Assembly: GCA_045586345.1 (NCBI GenBank)
Contig: JAZNAD010000024.1
Location: forward strand, 1 to 42,240
Reading direction: 5' to 3'
Length of the DNA: 42,240 nt
Source of the DNA: Eubacteriales bacterium
GTDB taxonomy: Bacteria > Bacillota > Clostridia > Oscillospirales > CAG-272
Under the pieces are notes generated by a model. It had not been told where the DNA came from. It did not search any database and was given only the letters and a program-made list of their open reading frames with translations. Shown here one piece after another: positions 25,922 to 34,551 of this stretch (positions are counted from its first letter, which is position 1; every line of letters begins with the position of its first letter). A program made the position numbers and the translations under genes.

Positions 25922-26871
25922 TTTTCGGGGATGCCGATCGAATCCATGATCCGTTTATTGAATTCCTCAGCGGTGTTGTAGCCCATCTTCTTCTGACGGT
26001 TGTTCATGGCGGCGACCTCAATGATGATCGAGAGATTACGGCCGGGGCGAACGGGGATGGTGATCGAAGGGATCGAGATCCCAAGGATCTCGGTGCGCTC
26101 CTCGTCAATACCGAGACGGTCGTACATCTTTCCCTGTACCCAGGGCTCGAGGTTGATGACGAGGTCGATCTTCTCGGAATTTTTGACAGCCCCCATACCA
26201 AACAGGCGTCGCACGTCGACAACGCCGACGCCACGCAGCTCTACGTAGTGACGGATGATCTCGGGCGCCTGACCGACGAGAGTCTTGGCCGACACGCGCT
26301 TGATCTCAACGGCATCGTCCGCGATCAGACGGTGGCCGCGCTTGACGAGCTCGATGGCCGTCTGACTCTTACCGACACCGCTGTCGCCAAGCAGCAGGAT
26401 GCCCTCGCCGTAGACCTCGACAAGCACGCCGTGGCGCGTTATACGCGGGGCAAGACGAAGATTCAGAAAGGCGATGAGGGCGGCCATAAACTCACTCGTA
26501 CGCACCTCGGTCGAGAGGACGGGAACCCCGTAACGCTCGGCAAGGGCGAGGTCACACTCACGGAAGGAAAGGCCCGAGGTGATAACAACGACGACCGGCC
26601 GGGTAGCAAAAAAGGCATCGAGGCATTTCTTGCGGAGGGCTTCCTCCATTCCATCGAGATAGTGGATCTCGGATTTACCGAAGATCTGCACGCGCCCCGC
26701 CTCGTAATAATCGTAGAAGAAGGCCAACTGAAGCCCCGGGCGATTGATGCGCGGCACCGAAAGCCAGATGTCTTCGGGCGACTTCGGCAAAAGGACAGGC
26801 AAAAGCCCAAGCTCCTTAACCGTCTCGGCCAGCGATACGGTATAGATCTCTTCACTGCGGAAATCTTCCAT
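25918..26871 (-). CDS. hprK: HPr(Ser) kinase/phosphorylase
   Basis: INRPGLQL, HGVLVEVYGEGILLLGDSGVGKS, RGHRLIADD, ELRGVGVVDV, PVRPGRN; promoter TTGCAA-17-TATACT upstream. Confidence 0.96.
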   Translation of the reverse strand: MEDFRSEEIYTVSLAETVKELGLLPVLLPKSPEDIWLSVPRINRPGLQLAFFYDYYEAGRVQIFGKSEIHYLDGMEEALRKKCLDAFFATRPVVVVITSGLSFRECDLALAERYGVPVLSTEVRTSEFMAALIAFLNLRLAPRITRHGVLVEVYGEGILLLGDSGVGKSQTAIELVKRGHRLIADDAVEIKRVSAKTLVGQAPEIIRHYVELRGVGVVDVRRLFGMGAVKNSEKIDLVINLEPWVQGKMYDRLGIDEERTEILGISIPSITIPVRPGRNLSIIIEVAAMNNRQKKMGYNTAEEFNKRIMDSIGIPEK

Positions 26872-27054
26872 CCCTGTCTCTCCATTTCCTTTATTTTTCT
26901 CCAGTATAGCACATTCACCCGCGCTTTGCAAGAAAAAGTCGCACAGGCAGGCATGACTTTCCTTTTATTCATATAAAATTAACAAACGTATGCTACAATA
27001 TAGCTTGGATATTTATGTGCGTGCGCGCGAATACTTTAATCAAGGATACTTTTT

Positions 27055-28107
27055 ATGAAAAAGATGTTTCGGGGCCTTTTGGCACTTACACTGGCGGTGC
27101 TCCTTCCCATCTCTCTCCTTGCGGGGTGTGGCAACGGCTACTATAAGCAGGTCGAATCCACCAAGAGGGAGGCGACGCCCGTCCTCCGCCTTGGGGAGTA
27201 CACCGTCAATTTTGAGGTGCTGCGCGCCTTCTTTTACAGCGAATGCGTGAATGCGCCCGGCTTCTCGGACGCCTACTTCACGGGGGCGGAGGGTGAGGCA
27301 CGCTTCGCCGCTGTCAAGGAGGCGGCCGTCCGCGACATTGCCGAGATCTACGCGCTCCTCGCCCTGTGCGAGGAAAAGGAAATCGACACCGAGAGTGAGG
27401 AGATCTTGACGGCGGTGGACGAAAACATCAAAACCAGTGTTGACGGCGGCACCTTTGGCGGGTATGAGATCCGTGGCTTTGACTCCTATAAGGACTATCT
27501 TGCATATCTTGAGCGCGAATTCCATATGAACGACGCCGTCAATCGCCTGATGGTGCGCTACGCCGTTTGCGAGGATGCGCTCTCTGACTATTACAAGCTG
27601 GGGCATCCCTACACCGAGAACGATGTGCGCACCTTCTTCGAGAGCGAGGACTGCGTGCGGCTCTTGTGGGTCAGCCGCTTTGAAAACTCGGGCGGCCTCG
27701 ACCGTGCCGCCAACCTTTCACTGATGGCCTCGGCACGGCAGAAGCTGATGGGCGCGGATCCCAACAAGGCTCTCCAGTATTCGCTCGAGCCGACCACCGA
27801 CTTCTATATGGGTCGCTACACGCTGGATGAGGCCTATTATGCCCCCCTCATCGAGGCGGTCTACGCTCTGCCTTTGGGCGGCGTCACCGAGGTGCTTGAC
27901 CTCGGCTCGGAGGGGCTGTTCGTGGCACGTCGCATGGAGCCGAGTGCCTCGCATTTTGAGGGACGCTACGAGGAGCTCACACGCGTCTATCTCGGCGATG
28001 TGATGTATGGCGAGGTCGATCGGATCACAGCAGAGCTTTTGCAAAGTATTGTTTACGAAGATTTGTACAGCACACTGACAGCAGAGGATATTTTAGCAGG
28101 ATCATGA
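27055..28107 (+). CDS. Lipoprotein, PrsA/SurA-like foldase with degenerate parvulin domain
   Basis: Lipobox LAGC; C-terminal 'LIEAVYALPLGGVTEVLDLGSEGLFVARR' resembles the parvulin C-terminus. Confidence 0.6.
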   Translation: MKKMFRGLLALTLAVLLPISLLAGCGNGYYKQVESTKREATPVLRLGEYTVNFEVLRAFFYSECVNAPGFSDAYFTGAEGEARFAAVKEAAVRDIAEIYALLALCEEKEIDTESEEILTAVDENIKTSVDGGTFGGYEIRGFDSYKDYLAYLEREFHMNDAVNRLMVRYAVCEDALSDYYKLGHPYTENDVRTFFESEDCVRLLWVSRFENSGGLDRAANLSLMASARQKLMGADPNKALQYSLEPTTDFYMGRYTLDEAYYAPLIEAVYALPLGGVTEVLDLGSEGLFVARRMEPSASHFEGRYEELTRVYLGDVMYGEVDRITAELLQSIVYEDLYSTLTAEDILAGS

Positions 28108-28790
28108 CAAAGGTTCCCTATTTTTACAGTCAAGAGGCCGAGAGCAAGAGGACGCACGGAAGGGCGCTGCCCGGCGGCGACTTTACAGGCAGCCCACGCT
28201 TTGTGGCGGCCGGCAATGCCTTCACACCCGAGATGCGTGACTATCTCGCAACGCTACCGATCGAGGATATCCTCACCGACGTATGCCCACCCGCCGAGCG
28301 AATAAGACTCCGGCGGACAGCGCAATACTTCCCGGGGCTTTACCGTCTGCTTTGCGAATACGCACGCGAGTATCCGCGCGTTACGGTCCTCGAGCCAAGC
28401 CTGCCTTTCAGCGGTAGGACGATCGCCATTGTGGCGCATGCCCTGTTCTTCTCGGTCGGCGCCGTTCTCCGTGCCGCCGATGCCGTGCTTGTGGACTGCA
28501 CGCTTTCGGCCGAGGAGGGGGACGATGAGATCTCGCTCTGCATACGCTCATCACGTCCGGCCGTGACCTGCGAGGAGGTCAAGGACGCCTTTCATCTTTC
28601 GGCGCGCGAGATCCTGGTAATGCAGGCTCTTTCCGATACGGCCGGATTTTCAATCGTTTTCCGTGCGGGGGATAACGCGGAGATCGCCTTCCGTATCCCG
28701 CTGAGGGTCGCGGATCTCGGGAGCATGGCCGCCCACACGGATCGGCTCCTCTACCGCGCCTTCTTCCTCCCACGTCTTTATTTTTCCTGA
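28104..28790 (+). CDS. Hypothetical protein
   Basis: ATGA overlap with the upstream gene; followed by the hairpin GTGGCAGAATTG...CAATTCTGCCAC. Confidence 0.65.
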   Translation: MTKVPYFYSQEAESKRTHGRALPGGDFTGSPRFVAAGNAFTPEMRDYLATLPIEDILTDVCPPAERIRLRRTAQYFPGLYRLLCEYAREYPRVTVLEPSLPFSGRTIAIVAHALFFSVGAVLRAADAVLVDCTLSAEEGDDEISLCIRSSRPAVTCEEVKDAFHLSAREILVMQALSDTAGFSIVFRAGDNAEIAFRIPLRVADLGSMAAHTDRLLYRAFFLPRLYFS

Positions 28791-28908
28791 TTTTTTGTGG
28801 CAGAATTGTCTTTGGCAATTCTGCCACTTTATTTTGGGGGATGCCTGCACATAAACGCCCTTTGCCGCGTACAAATTAAAGGGGAAAGCATGAAAGGCGG
28901 CACAAGGC

Positions 28909-30120
28909 ATGAAACAATTGAAACAACTTATTTCCGACGTCTCCTTCCTTCTTCTCCTCGCGTTGGTACTTATCGCGGGAGTGATGGGGATCGCCGATTT
29001 TACTATCCCCGACTCACTCTCGGTCTTGCGCGGCGAGGATCCGTCGGTCTCGGGGCTCGTCTCGTTTTCGAAGGAGCAGGAGGTCACTCTCGGTGAACAC
29101 GCCACGCGGGCCAATGCTACGGCGCGGCTTTTTGGGATCCTCCCCTTAAAGGAGGTCGAAATCACGACCTTCGATACGCTGGCACTCTGCCCTGGCGGCG
29201 ATGTATTCGGCATCCGCGTTTTCCTCGGTGGGGCGATGGTTACGTCGCTCACCAAGGTTACCGACGCCGACGGCAACGAACGGTGCCCGGCTCGCGAGGC
29301 GGGGCTGACACCCGGCGATCTCATTACGGCAGTGGACGGCAAAGCGATCCGCGATGCCGCCTCCCTCTCGTCAAGCATCGCGGCCTCGCAGGGGCACGCG
29401 CTAACACTCACCGTCCTGCGCGGCGAGCGCACGCTCACCCTTCGTCTTACACCGCGCTATTCGGCCTCTGCGGGGGCATATCGCGCAGGGATCTTAGTCA
29501 AGGATCAGGCAGCAGGGATCGGGACGATGACCTTCATTGACCCGAGGACCGGAGCTTTTGGAGGGCTCGGGCACGGCATCTACGACACCGAGAGCGCGGC
29601 AATTTTACCCGTCGAGCGTGGCGTGGTAAGCGACGTCAGGCTCTCGGGGGTGATCGCGGGGGCCCCGGGGGACCCCGGAGAGCTGCGCGGACAGCTTGGC
29701 GAGAAGCGACGCGGCACCCTGCTCTCAAATACCGAATGCGGCGTCTTCGGTGTGCTCGGCGACACGGCGGGGCTCCATGAGGCCATTCCGATCGGGCTTG
29801 CCTCCTCAGTGCACGTCGGGAGGGCCGAGATCCTTTGCACGCTAAAGGACGGTGAATGCCGCCCGTATGATATTGAGATCACCGAGCTCCGTGACCGACG
29901 CACGACCACGAAATGCTTCACCATCCGGGTGACCGACCCCGACCTCATCGAGGTGACAGGTGGCATCGTGCAGGGAATGAGCGGCTCGCCCATCATCCAG
30001 GACGGCAGACTTATCGGTGCTGTGACGCACGTGATGATCAACGATCCGACCTGCGGCTATGGCATATTTATCGAGAATATGTTAGCGGCGGCCGAGGACA
30101 GTGTCCAAAAGGCGGCGTGA
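28909..30120 (+). CDS. spoIVB: Stage IV sporulation protein B peptidase (S55, PDZ)
   Basis: LFGILPLK, PDZ domain, DQAAGIGTMTF, GLGHGI, TGGIVQGMSGSPIIQDGRLIGAVTHV. Confidence 0.96.
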   Translation: MKQLKQLISDVSFLLLLALVLIAGVMGIADFTIPDSLSVLRGEDPSVSGLVSFSKEQEVTLGEHATRANATARLFGILPLKEVEITTFDTLALCPGGDVFGIRVFLGGAMVTSLTKVTDADGNERCPAREAGLTPGDLITAVDGKAIRDAASLSSSIAASQGHALTLTVLRGERTLTLRLTPRYSASAGAYRAGILVKDQAAGIGTMTFIDPRTGAFGGLGHGIYDTESAAILPVERGVVSDVRLSGVIAGAPGDPGELRGQLGEKRRGTLLSNTECGVFGVLGDTAGLHEAIPIGLASSVHVGRAEILCTLKDGECRPYDIEITELRDRRTTTKCFTIRVTDPDLIEVTGGIVQGMSGSPIIQDGRLIGAVTHVMINDPTCGYGIFIENMLAAAEDSVQKAA

Positions 30121-30197
30121 AGCAAATTGACAGTTGTAAAATTAAAAGAAAAAAAGAAAAGGCAATATCATTCCCGTTTGGGTTTGATATTGCTTTT

Positions 30198-30664
30198 TTA
30201 CGGAAAATCTATTTTATAGTTTTTTCCGATGCAGGTTTTCGTGAGGCGCTTATGTATTTTATAAAAAGCTATGGGTAGAAAATGTTTTTTAACACGGAAA
30301 TCGCATATTCCGAACAGGTAGGCATACAAAGGCAGGCGCGGCGGATATCAATGCGCGCATAATGCTGATAGCACTCTACGAGCTTGATACATAAAAGGTT
30401 GGAAAAAAAGAAGAATACGCAAAAAAAGCACGCGATGTATAGCGGCAATGAAGGCAACGTGTATATTATAATATCCAATATGAATGCAAGCAAAAAAGAA
30501 AAGACTATGTGCAACAAAAGGATCAATGCAAGAGTTGAATAATTAGTTTTTGGCTTATGAAGGGAACGCCGGATAACATAGCTTCTAATGTCCTGCTCCG
30601 TGTATTTTTTTGCGCACTTCACTTCGTTTTGGCTTTTCTTTTCATTGAGCATCTTTTTGAACAT
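30198..30664 (-). pseudogene. YidD/haemolytic-domain membrane protein with a frameshift at an A6 run
   Basis: YQHYA...RRACLCMPTCSEYA..VLK, then the -1 frame continues KHFLPIAFYKIHKRLTKTCIGKNYKIDFP* (YidD-like C-terminus). Confidence 0.7.
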
Positions 30665-30705
30665 ACTGATTCTCCTGTGATAATGTTTTGAAAAAAGCAA
30701 CGCTA

Positions 30706-30731
30706 TACCTTACATATAGCGTTGCTTTTTG
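30706..30731. terminator. Terminator-like hairpin between islet genes (left arm starts near 30691)
   Basis: AAAAAAGCAACGCTATA-CCTTACA-TATAGCGTTGCTTTTT. Confidence 0.7.
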
Positions 30732-30746
30732 ATTGGACCGACGTTG

Positions 30747-31085
30747 TCAGCTAATAAGCGTCAAAACCTTGTTTGCGGTGCTGGCAATCAAGCGAAGTGT
30801 TCCCTCTTCGCCATTCTTCATTACTATACGGTAGATATTGACGATATAGGTCTTTCCTCCGCCACTTCCAAGGTCGGTAATAGTAACGCCCGGCACGCTA
30901 AGCTCCACCGATGCTACGTTTTCCTTCCAAAGAACGATATCGCCCGCGTTCATTATCCAAGCAATTACTTTGCCGTCCTCGATGGCAATGGTAAGCTTTC
31001 CGCTTTTAAGCTTAGTCATCGCCCCTTCCAGATCCCCGTAATTTGCCATATTCGCTCTTTTCAAGCTTTGAAGACATCCTCCCAT
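30747..31085 (-). CDS. Hypothetical protein (112 aa)
   Basis: RBS AAGGA; co-oriented with the other islet genes; followed by a terminator. Confidence 0.7.
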   Translation of the reverse strand: MGGCLQSLKRANMANYGDLEGAMTKLKSGKLTIAIEDGKVIAWIMNAGDIVLWKENVASVELSVPGVTITDLGSGGGKTYIVNIYRIVMKNGEEGTLRLIASTANKVLTLIS

Positions 31086-31106
31086 TGTTGTTTTTCCTTT
31101 CGTTTT

Positions 31107-32156
31107 TCATTTTATTGGTTTAACCACCAAGTAATCATCATCGTTTGGAAAATCTATAAATTTATCACCACTATAATGAATTTCCGAAATTTCCATTACA
31201 ATTTCGATATCGTCGATATCACAGTTCCACATTCTCTCCGCACCGATATCATTTGAGCTTGTGGGAACCGAAAATTCCACTTCCCATGTTTCGCCTTTCT
31301 CAAGATAATCGTCAGTCGCCGAGGGAATAGAAAAAGGAACATTTATTACAAATCTTTCGTCCTCAAAGAGAACGTTTCCCTCTCTGTCCTTAAAATACAC
31401 ACGCCCTTCGATTTATTCGATCTTTCCACTACCGTTATTGGTAACAGTTCCGTAAAACAGGATGTGCACGCGCATATTATTATTTTCGGAATTGTATTTT
31501 TTGGTAATTTCAAATTCTATGTGCTTGGGATTATATTTTTCTGTAAACGCAGCTCCAGTGGGCAAAGAAATTACCCAAGAAACAATAAAAACACCGGCGA
31601 TAACAATAGGTAATTTAAAGAAATGAAGCTTCCCTTCCTCATCCATCTTGTCTGTCAAATACTTTCTGCACCCTTCCCACTCTGCCTGTCTGTCATCGGA
31701 ATGATAAATTCTTACACCTTCGATAATAAATTTAAAAATTCCGGTAATACCTATTATTATTGACATTAAGGCCGTTACAAGAAGATGTCCGCCAGACGGA
31801 ACCTCACGTTCACGAACGTAAATGCTTCTTTTGCCCGTAAAAAGATTTTTAGGCCCATAAGAATAATCGATCTTCTTTATCGGCTCTCCGTGATACTGAT
31901 TTACATCAAAATCCCAGCGTGTCGGCGAAAAAAGAGAAAGTCCGTAATTTTTTGTAAAAAGTGCAACGCAAAGGAAACCAAAAAGTATCGCAATAAAAGC
32001 CACAACACCTACAAAAGCATGAACTGTACTGTTATGCGCTCCAAACCAATACGCAAAATAAGCAACCGATCCTAAGAGTGACAAAACAACGAATTGCGGT
32101 ACTGCCGTCAAAAGAAAAACATATAACAATGTTTCCAATTTGCTTTTTTCAACCAT
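31107..32156 (-). pseudogene. Membrane protein with C-terminal Ig-like domain, split by an in-frame TAA at 31413-31415
   Basis: ORFs 31413-32156 and 31107-31400 share a frame: ...TVTNNGSGKIE*IEGRVYFKDREGNVLF...YLEKGETWEVEF. Confidence 0.75.
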
Positions 32157-32227
32157 ATTAAATTGTCCCCTATTCGTCTAAAGCTCAAATTGCTGCGAAA
32201 TTTGTTAAAATTGCCATTTAGACTATT

Positions 32228-32283
32228 TATAGCCCATATTGTATCATATATATAGCCCACCTTATCAAGAGGTTTGGGCTATA
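32228..32283. promoter_or_regulatory. Putative operator repeats in the divergent islet promoter
   Basis: TATAGCCCA at 32228-32236 and 32251-32259, inverted TGGGCTATA at 32275-32283. Confidence 0.6.
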
Positions 32284-32326
32284 GTTAGTCCAGAAATGTC
32301 AAAATATATTTTTGGAGGATTGAAAA

Positions 32327-32569
32327 ATGAACGCTTATACGGCTACGAAAAACCGAATCTTAGAGCTTCTTGGGGAACACAAGATGTCTATTCACAAATT
32401 GGCTATGGAGTCAGCGGTCGCCCCGTCTTCTATAAAAAATATTTTATATGGAAAAAGCAAAAACCCCGGAATTGTGACAGTAAAAATGCTCTGCGATGGA
32501 TTCGGAATTTCTCTTATAGATTTCTTTAGCACAGAGGATTTTAAAAAACTTGAGCAGGAGATAAAATAA
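32327..32569 (+). CDS. Small XRE/Cro-C1 HTH regulator
   Basis: RILELLGEHKMSIHKLAMESAVAPSSIKNILYGKSKNPGIVTVKMLCDGFGISLIDFF; RBS GGAGG. Confidence 0.9.
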   Translation: MNAYTATKNRILELLGEHKMSIHKLAMESAVAPSSIKNILYGKSKNPGIVTVKMLCDGFGISLIDFFSTEDFKKLEQEIK

Positions 32570-32660
32570 TATTCCGCGCCTTCCCAAGCAATCAAATATA
32601 TCATGATCAACACCGTCGAAAGCAACCATAACAAATTGCCTCGGCGTGTTTTTGACAAAA

Positions 32661-32901
32661 AGAAAAAAGCCGCCCGAAGGCGGCTTTTTCGGTTATGCCG
32701 ATCCGGCGCGGTCTCACGGTGCAGAGAGCGATGCGAGGGTTTGGAAACGGGCACTGCGAAGGCATCGAAGAGCGATTTCACGAGGCATAAATCGAGCAGA
32801 AATCGGCGATCGTGCCACGACGGCGTACGAAGGTACGTCAAGGGGCACGAGCGACGATAGAAAAAAGCCGCCCGAGGGCGGCTTTTTCCGGTTATGCCGA
32901 T
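32661..32901. repeat. ~42-bp direct repeat of the gap terminator flanking a ~155-bp structured insert
   Basis: AGAAAAAAGCCGCCCGA(A/G)GGCGGCTTTTTC(C)GGTTATGCCGAT at 32661-32702 and 32859-32901. Confidence 0.9.
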
Positions 32902-32916
32902 TTATGCCCGTGAAAA

Positions 32917-33930
32917 TTAGAGCTCGGCGAAGTACTTGATGGTACGAACCATCTGGCTGGTGTAGGAGTTCTCGTTGTCGTACCACGAAACGACCTGGAC
33001 CTGGTAGGTGTCGTCGTCGATCTTGGCGACCATGGTCTGGGTGGCATCGAAGAGCGAGCCGTAGGTCATGCCGATAACGTCGGACGAGACGATCTCATCG
33101 GTGTTGTAGCCGAAGGAAGCCGAGGCCTGAGCCTTCATGGCGGCGTTGATGGCGTCAACGGTGACGTCCTTACCCTTAACAACGGCAACGAGGATGGTGG
33201 TCGAGCCGGTGCAGGTGGGAACGCGCTGAGCCGAGCCGATGAGCTTGCCGTTCAGCTCGGGGATAACGAGGCCGATCGCCTTGGCGGCACCGGTGGAGTT
33301 CGGAACGATGTTCTGAGCGCCGGCGCGGGCACGGCGGAGGTCACCCTTGCGGTGCGGGCCGTCAAGGATCATCTGGTCGCCGGTGTAGGCGTGAACGGTG
33401 GTCATGATACCGCTCTGGATCGGGAAGGTATCGTTGAGGGCCTTGGCCATGGGAGCCAGGCAGTTGGTGGTGCAGGAGGCAGCCGAGATGATCTTGTCAT
33501 CGGCGGTCAGGGTCTTCTCATTGACGCTGTAAACGATGGTCTTGAGGTCCTTGCCGGCAGGAGCCGAGATAACGACCTTCTTCGCACCGGCGTTGATGTG
33601 AGCCATCGACTTCTCGGTCGAGCAGTAGAAGCCGGTGCACTCGAGCACAACGTCAACACCAAGCTCGCCCCAGGGGCAATCGTTGGCATCCTTGCAGGCG
33701 TAGATCTTGATGGTCTTGCCATCGACAGTGATGCTGTCCTCACCCGCGACAACGGTATCGGCGAGAGCGTATCTGCCCTGAGCGGTGTCATACTTCAGAA
33801 GGTGGGCGAGCATCTTGGGATCGGTGAGGTCGTTGATGGCGACAACCTCGTAGCCCTCAGCGCCGAACATCTGACGGAAGGCGAGACGACCGATACGGCC
33901 AAAGCCGTTAATAGCAACTTTTACGGACAT
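32917..33930 (-). CDS. gap: Glyceraldehyde-3-phosphate dehydrogenase, type I
   Basis: [26 protein letters not shown]. Confidence 0.99.
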   Translation of the reverse strand: MSVKVAINGFGRIGRLAFRQMFGAEGYEVVAINDLTDPKMLAHLLKYDTAQGRYALADTVVAGEDSITVDGKTIKIYACKDANDCPWGELGVDVVLECTGFYCSTEKSMAHINAGAKKVVISAPAGKDLKTIVYSVNEKTLTADDKIISAASCTTNCLAPMAKALNDTFPIQSGIMTTVHAYTGDQMILDGPHRKGDLRRARAGAQNIVPNSTGAAKAIGLVIPELNGKLIGSAQRVPTCTGSTTILVAVVKGKDVTVDAINAAMKAQASASFGYNTDEIVSSDVIGMTYGSLFDATQTMVAKIDDDTYQVQVVSWYDNENSYTSQMVRTIKYFAEL

Positions 33931-34135
33931 TTTTGTTTCTCCTCCAAAAAATTAATTATTTATTGAATTTCACCAACTTATTGTAGCACAGACTATCAGA
34001 TTTTACAAGGGGATTTTTCATTTTTTCAAAATTTCGTCAAACTTATCATATTTCGGGAGCACCGCGGGCGCTTTCTTCCTTATTTTGTCGCACACGCGTG
34101 CGTTTGAAAAAAAGAAGGCATTTTCAAAAAAGGAC

Positions 34136-34164
34136 TTGCTTTTTCGGGAAAGCTATGATATAAT
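34136..34164 (+). promoter_or_regulatory. sigmaA promoter of tRNA-Glu
   Basis: TTGCTT-17 nt-TATAAT with TGn extension. Confidence 0.7.
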
Positions 34165-34179
34165 ACCTCTGTTAACGAC

Positions 34180-34254
34180 GGCCCGTTGGTCAAGCGGCTA
34201 AGACATCGCCCTTTCACGGCGAAAACATGGGTTCGATTCCCGTACGGGTCACCA
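34180..34254 (+). tRNA. tRNA-Glu (anticodon TTC)
   Basis: GGCCCGT...ACGGGTC-A-CCA; anticodon arm TCGCC-CTTTCAC-GGCGA; GGTTCGATTCC T arm. Confidence 0.97.
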
Positions 34255-34256
34255 CA

Positions 34257-34292
34257 CAAAAAACAGGAGTGCTTCGGCACTCCTGTTTTTTG
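34257..34292 (+). terminator. tRNA-Glu terminator
   Basis: AAAAAACAGGAGTGC-TTCG-GCACTCCTGTTTTTT. Confidence 0.9.
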
Positions 34293-34551
34293 TGCTAACC
34301 CGACGCGAACCCACTCGGGGCGGAGAGTGTGCGGATATTCGTGCGGAGCACGAAATTCCTCTACGTCCATCGAGCACAGCGGTCGGTGCGGGAAGGGATA
34401 TTGAGAGAAGAAAGAGGAACCGCCTGGCGGTTTTCCTGTGTTTCCTAAGTAAATAAATGGTGAAAGGTGTTGACAAAAGCTGCGCGCGTAGTATATAATA
34501 TCTCCATATTATATAATAATTCGCGTGCGCAGATACACACGAAAAAACGAA

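Larger units (their letters stand above)
30121..32650. other. AT-rich accessory islet (no integrase or transposase)
   Basis: Abrupt switch from GC-rich to AT-rich sequence right after the spoIVB stop, returning at the gap terminator repeats. Confidence 0.75.
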
